DNA from: a virus | Strand: one strand, 5' to 3' | IMG/VR virus record: IMGVR_UViG_3300037459_000226 | Span: 1 to 64,000 of that record | DNA length: 64,000 bases | In this document: positions 35,311 to 44,310 of the stretch, one piece after another | Layout: each line of letters starts with the position of its first letter | Numbering within the stretch: the first letter of the stretch is position 1 | Program-made: the position numbers and the translations under genes | The notes under the pieces: generated by a model | The model's input: the letters and a program-made list of their open reading frames with translations, nothing else | The model's database searches: none | Told to the model about the DNA's origin: nothing

Positions 35311-35673
35311 TTACAAGTCATCAATGCGTTGTTCGATGAGATCGGCGAGTTCCCGGAATGACACACCGTCGTCGTTTTGGTTTGCGAGACACTGTCGGTA
35401 TCCGGACCCAAAGTGCCCAAAGGTATCACGGAAGCCGAACCAATCCCTTACGGCCAACGACATATTCTCCTGATGACCCATAAACCGGTAGTACCCGTAG
35501 GGAGTCGCTTCCCATTTTTCGTAGGGATGTGATTTCTGATAGATATCGCACGCAACACCGAGGACGCAGAATGATGATCCTTCTCGAATATGAGATCCGT
35601 AGCACTGCGTGTACTTTCCGCCCCGCAGCGCTGCAACGAGTAATCTAACTGGCGCGGTCATGTTTGCCATCAC
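35311..35673 (-). CDS. Conserved phage hypothetical protein
   Basis: ALR.G.Y.Q....FCVLGVACD...NDDG.SF.E.ADLIE. Confidence 0.75.
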   Translation of the reverse strand: MMANMTAPVRLLVAALRGGKYTQCYGSHIREGSSFCVLGVACDIYQKSHPYEKWEATPYGYYRFMGHQENMSLAVRDWFGFRDTFGHFGSGYRQCLANQNDDGVSFRELADLIEQRIDDL

Positions 35674-35766
35674 ACTCTCCTCTTATGAAACGCCGGCCTC
35701 CCACCGGACTCGGGCTTGATGACGCGGCCTTGCGGTCGGCGCGGAACCGACAACTGCGAAGCTGAA

Positions 35767-36048
35767 TCACTCTTCTTCTTCCGTCGCCGCCGTGTCCTTC
35801 GGTTTTTCGTACTTCACCTTGTCCTCGTTGGTGAGAACCAGATTCTTTGTACCTTCTCTCACGGGGCAGCGCGCAACTTGGTGCTTTCGCATCAACTCCT
35901 TCAGATTGTCGTCTGCTGTGTTGAACCTCTTGGTTGCGGCCGATTTGGCGCGGTGCATCTTGTCGTAGACGTCCGCCGCATCTTTCACCGGTTTCGGCGG
36001 AGGCTTGTCCCGCCAGTCCGCCATCGAGCCTGTTTCCTGATCTGCCAT
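35767..36048 (-). CDS. Hypothetical protein
   Basis: GGGAGG RBS. Confidence 0.65.
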   Translation of the reverse strand: MADQETGSMADWRDKPPPKPVKDAADVYDKMHRAKSAATKRFNTADDNLKELMRKHQVARCPVREGTKNLVLTNEDKVKYEKPKDTAATEEEE

Positions 36049-36061
36049 CCGAGCCTCCCTT

Positions 36062-37420
36062 TCAAAAACCAAGGTCCTGTTGTGAGAAGTCGCTATGCGG
36101 ATCATCGAACCGCATTACGCTTCCCGAAAACTCAAGATTCACCGGGCCGGTTTGCCCATTTCTATGCTTTTTCACCCATAGCACCGCCCGCTTGTCATCA
36201 TCCTCGACTGGCTCGGCGGGATCTCTGCCCACCCACTTCGCCGGTCGCTGGATCATCCACACGAGATCCGCGTCCTGTTCGATGGCACCACTCTCTCGGA
36301 GATCCGACAGCCTGGGCTCACTGTTGGGACGCTTTTCAATTTCTCGGTTCAACTGAGCCAGCACAATGATGACCACGTTCAGCGAGCGGGCGAGGTGTTT
36401 GATGCCCTGACTGATCTCCGCAACCTGCACTTCTCGTGGGTCGCGCCTGGTGCGCGGGGCGATCAGTTGTATGTAATCTATGATGATGAGCTTGACCCCG
36501 TCCCGGCGCACTTTCAATCGAGCGTATCCGGCGATCTGCTGCATGTTTCTCGGAACGCGGTCGTCGACGAATATGTTGGCGTCCGAAAGCTCTGAGGATT
36601 TTTCCAGCAGTAACGTCCGGTCCTCTTCGCGTAGATTATTGGTCTTAATGTCGCGAAACGGGAGTTTCGACTTGATCGACAGCATCCTCTCGGCAATTTC
36701 CAGGGCCGATTGTTCAAGGCTGACAAACAGAACTCCCGTGCCGTTGTCGGCGCAATTGATTGCCATACTGAGGGCCAATGCCGTCTTCCCGACCGATACC
36801 CGAGCGGCGAGCACGATCACATTTCCGCCCTCCAGGCCAGCCGTAAGATCGTCGAGTGCCTTGTAGCCGGTGAACACGAGGTCCCTTCGCTCTCGGCTCC
36901 GCTCGTCGAAAACCTGGAAGAGTACCTCGGTCAGATCCACTGCGTCTGCCCCGATGTCCCTTTCGATCTGGCGGTGAATCGCTGACTCGGCTTCAGCGAC
37001 AATGTCCTTGTAGTCCTTCCCCTCGTCGAAGGCTTCCCGGATCATTTCGGACCCGGTGTCGATCAGTTGGCGGCGCTGCGAACGATCCTGCACGATCTCC
37101 GCGTAGTATTTCGCGTGCGATGGGTGTGCCACGGCTTCAAGAAGCTCCGCCAGATACTTCGCGCCGCCGACGTCCGAGAGTGCTTTCTTCTGTCCCAGTT
37201 CAGCAAACACCGTCACCGGATCGATCCCGTGGACGCCTTCCCCGTGCATCCGCAACATCGTCGCGTAGATCCGTTGGTTCGCGTCGTTGTAGAAGTCGGC
37301 GTCATCGAGAAGTTCAGCCACCACGTCGATCGCGTCCCGCGCCATCAGCATCGAACCCAGAACGGCCCGTTCCGCCTCCAAGGCGTGCGGCGGCACTTTC
37401 GTGAATGGATTATCCGTCAC
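36062..37420 (-). CDS. dnaB: Replicative DNA helicase
   Basis: PPHALEAERAVLG, AARVSVGKT, SLEQ, IIDYIQL, AQLNR, DLRESGAIEQDAD, KHRNG. Confidence 0.96.
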   Translation of the reverse strand: MTDNPFTKVPPHALEAERAVLGSMLMARDAIDVVAELLDDADFYNDANQRIYATMLRMHGEGVHGIDPVTVFAELGQKKALSDVGGAKYLAELLEAVAHPSHAKYYAEIVQDRSQRRQLIDTGSEMIREAFDEGKDYKDIVAEAESAIHRQIERDIGADAVDLTEVLFQVFDERSRERRDLVFTGYKALDDLTAGLEGGNVIVLAARVSVGKTALALSMAINCADNGTGVLFVSLEQSALEIAERMLSIKSKLPFRDIKTNNLREEDRTLLLEKSSELSDANIFVDDRVPRNMQQIAGYARLKVRRDGVKLIIIDYIQLIAPRTRRDPREVQVAEISQGIKHLARSLNVVIIVLAQLNREIEKRPNSEPRLSDLRESGAIEQDADLVWMIQRPAKWVGRDPAEPVEDDDKRAVLWVKKHRNGQTGPVNLEFSGSVMRFDDPHSDFSQQDLGF

Positions 37421-37700
37421 CTAACGCTCCTTTGGACGCTAACCAGAGATTCAAGTCCTCTGCCAACTCCGGTTTTTCTTGTTCGCACGAGAGGACGTAC
37501 GCTGCGATTGCTGCGACTGCGTGCCGGTCGTGCGTCAGGTCGAGCACGAAGTAATCGCAGCCGTGATGCTTCTTTCCCGGACGGGAACCCCCGTCTGTTC
37601 TCTGGACTACGAACTTCCCGTAGATTCCAGGGTTGGGTTTGCATGGCATTTCCGCGAAGAACGGTCCGCCGTGTGTGCTGTCGTCAATTCCACCGGGCAT
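37410..37700 (-). CDS. Conserved phage protein
   Basis: GIYGKF.V.RTDG......KH..C.YFVLDL.HD.HA. Confidence 0.75.
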   Translation of the reverse strand: MPGGIDDSTHGGPFFAEMPCKPNPGIYGKFVVQRTDGGSRPGKKHHGCDYFVLDLTHDRHAVAAIAAYVLSCEQEKPELAEDLNLWLASKGALGDG

Positions 37701-37838
37701 TTTATCGCTCCTTTGGCGCAACCTGGATTCGTCCGTTGTGAAGCAACTGCTTGACCGCCTTGTTGCGATCGCGTGTGGACCGATACCACTGAAGGTGGCG
37801 ACGGCGGCCGTGAGTGACTTGGTCGAGTCCGAACTGTT

Positions 37839-38138
37839 TCATTTTCCGTCTCCTGCAAGATCCGCGTCGATTTTTGGTTGGCTGACAGGCTCGTCCCGGC
37901 ATGCCTGTACGATATTGGTCACTAAGCCCTCCGGGGCTACTAAAATTCCAAGCCACGCGATGAACGCCCCCAGCATGGCGGCAAGGACAAGCACAACGGT
38001 GGCGAGAACGAAGACAGCCGACAACACGCCGAAGGCGATCACCGCCGGGAGGAGAAACGCGATGGCCGCAAAGATTATCAGGATGTGAGTGATCCATAAT
38101 CGAACAACGGCGAGTACACGAAACAGCAGACGTTTCAT
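37839..38138 (-). CDS. Membrane protein
   Basis: Long hydrophobic segment. Confidence 0.65.
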   Translation of the reverse strand: MKRLLFRVLAVVRLWITHILIIFAAIAFLLPAVIAFGVLSAVFVLATVVLVLAAMLGAFIAWLGILVAPEGLVTNIVQACRDEPVSQPKIDADLAGDGK

Positions 38139-38566
38139 TTTGACTTCTCCGCGACAAACTTCAGGATGGCCCCGCAGATTGCCAGCGGGCCTGTTTCATG
38201 GATGTCGGCGAGCTTGCCATGTTCAAGGATGTCGCAATTGTCATCGCCAACACGAGTCCGCCAGAGCGCCCAGTCGGGACCTACATCTAAGGTCCCAATA
38301 ACATGGTTCGTTGCGAGTTCAGGGCTGAGGATGAAGGCCGCCATCGCGTAATTCCAGTCCGTCGAGTAGGGCGGGATGCAGGGGCCGGGATCCGCGTCCC
38401 CTGCACTCTCGGAGAGATCGTATTCGCCGCAATGCTTGCAACGGTACAGGTTCACGTAGAAGCTGCATTCCCCCGTCGGATGCCAGCCGTGCTCCTCCCG
38501 CACCGTCCCCAGCGCTTCGGCGACCTTCCTGTCTGTTTCTGGACCGGCTTCGATTTCTTCTGTCAT
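38135..38566 (-). CDS. Phage ABA-sandwich (BC1872-like) protein
   Basis: AG.ETD..VAE...P.YSTD...A....PLAIC.AIL. Confidence 0.7.
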   Translation of the reverse strand: MTEEIEAGPETDRKVAEALGTVREEHGWHPTGECSFYVNLYRCKHCGEYDLSESAGDADPGPCIPPYSTDWNYAMAAFILSPELATNHVIGTLDVGPDWALWRTRVGDDNCDILEHGKLADIHETGPLAICGAILKFVAEKSK

Positions 38567-39117
38567 GTCAGAAATCCTTTCACGTTGCCGTCAACCTCGT
38601 CACCACACTGCGTCCAGCCCTTGCGGTGGAATCGGGCGAACATTTCGAGACGCGGCCCTGGGCTGCACGCTTCGATGATGTCGTACATCTCGTCCGGCTT
38701 CCGCGAATGCTCTCTCTTCCGCGTGGCCAACAGGTTGACCTGCCGACGTCCGGGGGCGAGTGTCCGCATCTTTCCGCGAACTCCGAACAACAGCAACTCG
38801 GTGACGTTCCGAAAGTAGAACCCGACGCCGCGGCCGTCCGGGCCTCCGTCCTTGCGGATCTTGTACCAGACGAGATTCGATACGTATCGGAAACCCCAGG
38901 CTTCCATCACGGCCAGTCCGTCGGGCAACATCGCGTTCGGAACCCACAGGTAGAGGTGGCTCTTGTCGGCGGCGTGTTCGGCGACGTTCAGGGCACAGAT
39001 ATCGTCGAGTTTCATCGTCTCGTACCGCTTCAACCGCCTGTGCTCGGGCGCAACTTTGCCGGTTCGGTTTCGGAACCGCCACGGTGGATCGGCGAGGATC
39101 GTTCTGAACTTCTTCAT
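38563..39117 (-). CDS. MT-A70 family adenine methyltransferase
   Basis: ILADPPW, HLYLWVPN, WGF.Y, HSRKP, LEMFAR. Confidence 0.93.
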   Translation of the reverse strand: MKKFRTILADPPWRFRNRTGKVAPEHRRLKRYETMKLDDICALNVAEHAADKSHLYLWVPNAMLPDGLAVMEAWGFRYVSNLVWYKIRKDGGPDGRGVGFYFRNVTELLLFGVRGKMRTLAPGRRQVNLLATRKREHSRKPDEMYDIIEACSPGPRLEMFARFHRKGWTQCGDEVDGNVKGFLT

Positions 39118-39410
39118 CGTGCCGTGCTCCACGCAATCGCGAACAGTGCCGTCGCCAGGGCCAAGAGGAACAACGTCAGGTAGTTGCTGGCGGGTCGGGC
39201 CTGCGAGTCACTCGGAGGAAGTAGGATGTACGGATGCTGATAAACAAGGCGTGGCTCGAATAGGGCGCGCATCTCAAACACCATTCTCCTGTTGATCTTC
39301 CAGTCCGGCTTGATGATTGGCACACCGTGCGTTGAGCGAACGCCGGGGATGACCTGACCGTACAGAATCTCGTTGATTCCGGTGACGTGACTCTCGTGTT
39401 GATCAGTCAT
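39114..39410 (-). CDS. Hypothetical protein with C-terminal TM
   Basis: Coupled on both sides. Confidence 0.55.
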   Translation of the reverse strand: MTDQHESHVTGINEILYGQVIPGVRSTHGVPIIKPDWKINRRMVFEMRALFEPRLVYQHPYILLPPSDSQARPASNYLTLFLLALATALFAIAWSTAR

Positions 39411-40213
39411 CAATTTCCCTTTGCCTCACAGGACCAGCACAGCGGTAATTCCATTTGCCGTGGGTCTGGTTTGTTCCGTGTTCCCGGTGGTCGCGTTCCC
39501 CATACGCAGTGCTTGCCGGCCGCTTTCACATTCACAGCAATCCGGTCAATCTCCTCAGCAGCGGCCGGGTAAAAACTTCGGATCATTTCCAGTTCTCCCG
39601 GCTGGGCAAACGCCCCACACAGACACTCGCCACTCATACAGAGCAACTCGACGACACGGTTGTGTGGAAGATCATTAGCGTCCATGTACCGTCGCTTGTC
39701 GTCTCCATCCCAGTCGATCAGTGGATTGGCCCACACGATTCGCGGCGACGGATTCTTCAACCCAGTCGTTATCGGGTTGATACCGATGTTGATCATTCGC
39801 CTGACACTTTCCTTTCGTCTCACGCCGGACACGAACGCAATCTTTCTCCGCCTGTCGGTCGGGTCGCGACACTCCCGCAACACATGCCGAAGGCAACGTT
39901 CCTTGAGTCGGTCATACATCTTCCAGTGCATTCCAGGACCGGGGAATCCTTGATCTATCACCAAGTCTTCGTAGGAGTCCATCGGGTGGTACACGTGCAG
40001 CGGCCAGCCGAACCGTTTACACGTGTCTTGGACGAACTCTCGTGTTTCCTTAATTCCGATCCCCGTCTTGATGTGGATGCAACCGTCAAACCGAGGGTGC
40101 TGACTCGCGACGTGGCAGGCGCACAACGAGTCGTGCCCACCGCTGAACAGCCCGAAGACATGCGACGGGTTGTACCGCTCGATTGCTTCAGAAATTATCT
40201 CACTGGCTTCCAT
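39410..40213 (-). CDS. PAPS-reductase/PP-loop family protein
   Basis: FSGGHDS, GFPGP..H, LKER, GVRRKES.RR, SGECLCG. Confidence 0.88.
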   Translation of the reverse strand: MEASEIISEAIERYNPSHVFGLFSGGHDSLCACHVASQHPRFDGCIHIKTGIGIKETREFVQDTCKRFGWPLHVYHPMDSYEDLVIDQGFPGPGMHWKMYDRLKERCLRHVLRECRDPTDRRRKIAFVSGVRRKESVRRMINIGINPITTGLKNPSPRIVWANPLIDWDGDDKRRYMDANDLPHNRVVELLCMSGECLCGAFAQPGELEMIRSFYPAAAEEIDRIAVNVKAAGKHCVWGTRPPGTRNKPDPRQMELPLCWSCEAKGN

Positions 40214-40268
40214 CAGTTCCTCACCAACAAAACCTCCGGACCGGGAGCGTTCGATTGCTTCCGGCCGG

Positions 40269-41201
40269 TCAATGATTCACCGCAGATAACAGGTCTCGCT
40301 GAATGTTCGTCGTCCGTCGCCGAGTCAACTCGCATTGTGAGAACCGAAGGTCTGCCGCGATGAAGTTCCGGCCGTGCACCTTGGCTACTTTCGCCGTCGT
40401 TCCGGAGCCGCTGAACGGGTCGAGCACCGTGCCGCCAGGTGGGCAGAGCGACAGAATGAACCACTCCGGCAGCTTCTCGGGGAATGGGGCTTCGTTTTCG
40501 TGGGCCATCCTGTCGCCGATTCTTCCGCCACCGGTGTTTGTGCGAATCAGGTTTCCGGGATTGGCGATAACAGGCGGCACGTACTCTTGGACCTCCATGT
40601 CTCCATTGGCCTTACCTTTCGTGTGCTGTCGTTTCTGCGCTGAGAACATTTTGCGGCGATTGCCGTTGGCCCGCCGACTGCCGCCGGACTCTGCTGACTC
40701 TCCGCGGCCCCAATAGTTCACCCTATCTCCGTCCGAAAGCCGATAGCTCATCTCACCGCCTGGTGCCCACTTTGGCGGATGCCCCATCACCGTGTTGTCG
40801 GCCCAGGGAAGTTTGCCGGGTCGCTTGAAACACAGGCAGTATTCCACGTCTGCCCTAAACCACTGGTCTCCCCCGCTTCCAGGAATCCCAGACCGATACC
40901 AATACACCGGCCGATAACTCGACCCTCCCCGCTTCCACCATTCCCACAGGAGACCCTCACAGGCCGGCCAGTACGTCCTGTCTCGCGTCACGCCGGCACA
41001 AACCCATATCACGGGGCCGCGGCAGACGCGGAGGGCCTCATTCGTCACCTCAAGCATCCACTCGACCCATTCCAGACAGCCGCGGGCGTGAGCGTCCTTG
41101 TCGCCGTACCAGCGGGCGTCGCAATACGGAGGACTCCCCACCACCAAGTCAACGACCTGATCGGCTAGCGGGAGTCGCGTTGCGTCAGCCTGCAAGATCA
41201 T
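40269..41201 (-). CDS. Beta-class N4-C/N6-A DNA methyltransferase
   Basis: GSPPY; APFPEKLP; VLDPFSGSGTT. Confidence 0.92.
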   Translation of the reverse strand: MILQADATRLPLADQVVDLVVGSPPYCDARWYGDKDAHARGCLEWVEWMLEVTNEALRVCRGPVIWVCAGVTRDRTYWPACEGLLWEWWKRGGSSYRPVYWYRSGIPGSGGDQWFRADVEYCLCFKRPGKLPWADNTVMGHPPKWAPGGEMSYRLSDGDRVNYWGRGESAESGGSRRANGNRRKMFSAQKRQHTKGKANGDMEVQEYVPPVIANPGNLIRTNTGGGRIGDRMAHENEAPFPEKLPEWFILSLCPPGGTVLDPFSGSGTTAKVAKVHGRNFIAADLRFSQCELTRRRTTNIQRDLLSAVNH

Positions 41202-41281
41202 GTCGCTTCTCCGACGTGCTTCGCGAGCATTCGATTACTCCCGTACCAGGCGGCCAGGGCGGTTATTTTCTTCCGCGTCAT
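41198..41281 (-). pseudogene. N-terminal remnant of a Dam/D12-class methylase
   Basis: 27 aa MTRKKITALAAWYGSNRMLAKHVGEAT resembles the W.G.K..LA start of Dam-family enzymes. Confidence 0.5.
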
Positions 41282-41469
41282 TTCAGAATCCACGCAACAA
41301 CAACAGCCGCGATTACCGCAATGATTCCGCACCCGCACTGGTAGGACCGTCGTCTGAAGTTCTCGACGCTCTTGTCATAGGGGACCCTCAATACCTCACA
41401 GCCGGTCATGAAGATGATGCAAACCGGGATTCCGATGAACGTCACCAAATTGGTGGATAGCTTAGGCAT
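41278..41469 (-). CDS. Small two-TM membrane protein
   Basis: Two hydrophobic segments; AGGAG RBS. Confidence 0.55.
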   Translation of the reverse strand: MPKLSTNLVTFIGIPVCIIFMTGCEVLRVPYDKSVENFRRRSYQCGCGIIAVIAAVVVAWILK

Positions 41470-41472
41470 GAC

Positions 41473-41724
41473 TCATCTCCTCAACCGCCGCCCGCACGAT
41501 CGCGATACGTCGTTTCCCAAGTTCTCAGGAAGCAGTTTCTGGCCGAGTGTCACGATCAGTTTTCCGATGACGGTGGTGAGGACCTCCGCCAACTGTTCAA
41601 CGACAGCGGCCTCACTTCCCATCCCGACCAGCCTCAGATCCCTCGCCAACACGATTAAATCACTTTGACCGTCCACCAGGTGTGTCTTGGCGACAGCTCG
41701 ATAGTGGTTGCAATTTGTGGGCAT
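41473..41724 (-). CDS. Hypothetical protein
   Basis: TAATG coupling. Confidence 0.5.
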   Translation of the reverse strand: MPTNCNHYRAVAKTHLVDGQSDLIVLARDLRLVGMGSEAAVVEQLAEVLTTVIGKLIVTLGQKLLPENLGNDVSRSCGRRLRR

Positions 41725-41954
41725 TAGAGATTCACCAGGCTTTCCAATTCTCTGATCCGGTCCATCAGTCCGATCATTTCCGTGTCCCGCGTGTTGGCCC
41801 GGAATTGCAGCAACGAGACCTGAGTCGCCAGTTCCGTCAACCGGTCCTCGACGCTGCGACGCTTCAGCCTCAACGGTTTCATGCCGCACTTCTCACAGAC
41901 GTCGTTGTGGTTGAAGACGTGGTCGCATTCATCTGGTTTTTCTGGTGGCATCAC
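41724..41954 (-). CDS. Small Zn-finger/coiled-coil protein
   Basis: CDH...CEKCG followed by heptads. Confidence 0.55.
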   Translation of the reverse strand: MMPPEKPDECDHVFNHNDVCEKCGMKPLRLKRRSVEDRLTELATQVSLLQFRANTRDTEMIGLMDRIRELESLVNL

Positions 41955-41957
41955 TTC

Positions 41958-42185
41958 TCACCGTGCAAGACACATGAACGCGAGTCCGGCAAGAAAGCCG
42001 AACATAATCCCCGCCGTCATCCCGATTGAGTAGCCAAATTGTTCGCCCGCGTGATAAGACCGGGGGCTTATCCGAACCACCTTCCCCCACGCCGGATGCT
42101 CTCCTGAATCCTCCGTGGTCTCTCGATCACGGCGATACAGAAACCCGCTACCCGAAACCCGAATTCTCAACCATTCTCTAATCAT
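41958..42185 (-). CDS. Small protein with C-terminal TM
   Basis: GGAG RBS. Confidence 0.5.
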   Translation of the reverse strand: MIREWLRIRVSGSGFLYRRDRETTEDSGEHPAWGKVVRISPRSYHAGEQFGYSIGMTAGIMFGFLAGLAFMCLAR

Positions 42186-42228
42186 GCTCGAATCTCCTCC
42201 ACGGCCGCCCGGATCTTCGGGTCAGCCT

Positions 42229-42519
42229 TCAGAGCCACCATTTTTTGAGTGATCTCCACAGTACGTCCCTGAATTCCGACTGGGTTATTGCGATGTCATC
42301 GCCGTTTTCCATCTTCCACCAGCGTCCGGCGATTCGAACCCGGTATCGGTTGCTCCCGTATCCCCAGTGTGCGTCCGGGCATGGCTCGCCTCGCGACGTG
42401 ACGAACCGCTTCTTTGGCCACAGACTGGCGTCGAACAGTTCTGTTTTGTACGACTTCCATCGACCTTTTGCCTTTCTTTTGAGCAAGAATACAAGGTGTG
42501 GTTCTCGTGATTCTGACAT
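42229..42519 (-). CDS. Hypothetical protein
   Basis: ELFDA..W....RYRVRI.GRW. Confidence 0.5.
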   Translation of the reverse strand: MSESREPHLVFLLKRKAKGRWKSYKTELFDASLWPKKRFVTSRGEPCPDAHWGYGSNRYRVRIAGRWWKMENGDDIAITQSEFRDVLWRSLKKWWL

Positions 42520-42732
42520 GCGTAGTTGAATTTAAGCCTGTAATGTTGGGCTCGCTTCTCTAAGTCGATCGACTCTCTCGGCTGGTCCGGTCCCGCTGCG
42601 GTCGAGAGGGCAAGCTGCTCTGACAGACTCCACTGCCGTGACAATAGCCGGATCAGCCCGCAGTTCGCCCACCGGCCGGCGCCAATCCCCAGCCTTACCC
42701 AGCCGTTCAGTCGCTATTGGCAGCATGATTTT

Positions 42733-43040
42733 AGTACTGATATACTTGGCTCATCAGAGCGACTGGCGTGCTCTTTCAATCGCGAATCGGAGCAACCGCC
42801 ACTCCCGTTCGGTTAGCCCTCCCCCTGCGACGATGAAGCTATCCAGTTTGGCGTCGACGAGATCGAGGATGTTCATCGGTGGCTTGTTCCCGAGGATGAC
42901 TGTGAGGCGGTCGTAGACGGCTCTGAGGGCGCCATCAATGTCGTCGGCGACTTCTCGTGTTCCGAACTCCGGGTCGTAGGAGTCTGAGACTGGTCCGGGC
43001 ATCACGCCCTCCTTTTTGATGAGTCAAGTATGTCAATGCC
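42733..43040. mobile_element. Single-gene cassette bounded by IS1595-like inverted repeats (cassette A)
   Basis: Left AGTACTGATATACTTGGCTCATCA, right TGATGAGTCAAGTATGTCAATGCC; encloses ORF 42754-43005; no clean TSD. Confidence 0.65.
42754..43005 (-). CDS. Passenger hypothetical protein of cassette A
   Basis: AGGAGG RBS just inside one IR; stop codon inside the other IR. Confidence 0.7.
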   Translation of the reverse strand: MMPGPVSDSYDPEFGTREVADDIDGALRAVYDRLTVILGNKPPMNILDLVDAKLDSFIVAGGGLTEREWRLLRFAIERARQSL

Positions 43041-43090
43041 AAAGGTTTTCTCTCCTTCAGGATTCGCATTGCAACTCCAAATCCGTTCGA

Positions 43091-44122
43091 TCATTTCGTC
43101 ACCCCAAATTCAGACCGTAAGGTTGCGATTGGCTCACGAAGCCCCATGCCGCTCAACTCCTCAGCGGGAAGCCTCCAGTCCGCCAGCGACATCAGGCACT
43201 CGGAGAACTCGCGGGCTGATTTGATAGACCTAAACTCCCTCGCTATCGGGATTGCCGTTTCGTACCCATCCTCAATCTTCCCAACCGCCCATCTTACGCC
43301 GCCTGTCGCGTCCACCGGATAGATCCTTAGACCATGCTGCTTGAACTCGGCTGCGGCGTCGAGGGCGTCACGCCTGACGCCTTCAGCGGCCACTACAGCG
43401 TCTCGGGACTCGTCGGTGGGCCAACCCTCGCCCGGAGGAACTTCAGGCCCGTAGGCGGCGAATCTCACCGAGACCAGATAGCCGGCGCCGACGTTCGGCC
43501 GCTTCGAGAATTCATCCAAGATCGCCCGGAATTGCCCGATCGTGAAGCCCCGCGAGTAGGCTGAACGCGCTAAGGTCTTGGAAGCGTTGATCTTGCGGAG
43601 CTTTGCTTCACTTTCCATCTCAGCCACCACCTCGTCCCGGTGCAGGTCTGGGGAATGGGTCTTTGTGGTGGTAGGTGGTGGGGAGGAAGAACTGTTCGGG
43701 TAAGGATGCGGGTCAATCTGATGCGCGCAGCCTTTCCGATCTGATGCGCGTAACGCCTCGCGCGTCGGCTGCGCGTCGGCTGCGCGTGGTTTGCCACGGC
43801 CCCCGGGAATTACCCAATATACGCCCGGCGCCTTCCGCCGTGAGTTGCTCCCAGACTCGTATTTCAGCAGCCCTGCCGACACGAGCAGCTTCCGGACTCG
43901 ACAGACCGTGGTCTTGGACATCCCGGTAGCTGAGACAAGCTGGGAAAGCCAGAACGTCGGGGCGGCTTCGTACCGCTTGGCGTCCTCCATCAGCACGACG
44001 GCAGCGAGCAGCGTCATGCCGTTCGGGCCGATCCGCCGGGCAGCCCCGGATGAGATCAGCCACCGCTGGAACGAGAGGGCGAAGAACTTAGGGCGAGAGG
44101 GGTATTGGGATGTGGCAATCAC
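43091..44122 (-). CDS. Replication-initiator-like protein (N-terminal wHTH)
   Basis: SQLVSATGMSKTTVCRVRKLLVSAGLL.Y; internal DNA repeats; AAGGAG RBS before GTG. Confidence 0.65.
   Translation of the reverse strand: MIATSQYPSRPKFFALSFQRWLISSGAARRIGPNGMTLLAAVVLMEDAKRYEAAPTFWLSQLVSATGMSKTTVCRVRKLLVSAGLLKYESGSNSRRKAPGVYWVIPGGRGKPRAADAQPTREALRASDRKGCAHQIDPHPYPNSSSSPPPTTTKTHSPDLHRDEVVAEMESEAKLRKINASKTLARSAYSRGFTIGQFRAILDEFSKRPNVGAGYLVSVRFAAYGPEVPPGEGWPTDESRDAVVAAEGVRRDALDAAAEFKQHGLRIYPVDATGGVRWAVGKIEDGYETAIPIAREFRSIKSAREFSECLMSLADWRLPAEELSGMGLREPIATLRSEFGVTK
43716..43790. repeat. Iteron-like repeats inside the initiator gene
   Basis: ATCTGATGCGCG x2 and (GCGCGTCGGCT)x2. Confidence 0.5.
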
Positions 44123-44144
44123 AGCGCTCTCCTTGCGCAAAGAA

Positions 44145-44224
44145 AACCCCAATTCGCGACCGGGTCTTTACGCCACGGAGACAGCGCTCCCAGTTTTTCA
44201 CCGGGCCGACCGCGAATTGAGGTT
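44145..44224 (-). promoter_or_regulatory. Structured leader upstream of the initiator gene
   Basis: AACCTCAATTCGCGGTCGG...CCGGTCGCGAATTGGGGTT stem followed by a T-rich run; the loop repeats GAGCGCTGT found at the start codon. Confidence 0.55.
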
Positions 44225-44276
44225 CTCTGATTATACGGGGCATCATGTCCCGTTCTCCGTTTACAAAGACACGCCG

Positions 44277-44310
44277 AGCCTACCGGGATCTCAGGAATTG
44301 TCAACGTCAG
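44277..44310 (-). promoter_or_regulatory. Repeated sigma70-like promoter, copy 1
   Basis: ctgacg TTGACA attcctgagatcccgg TAGGCT. Confidence 0.65.

Noticed and set aside
42229-42726. Readthrough joining ORFs 42532-42726 and 42229-42519
   Set aside because: The in-frame stop is TAA with no recoding signal; the upstream ORF is doubtful
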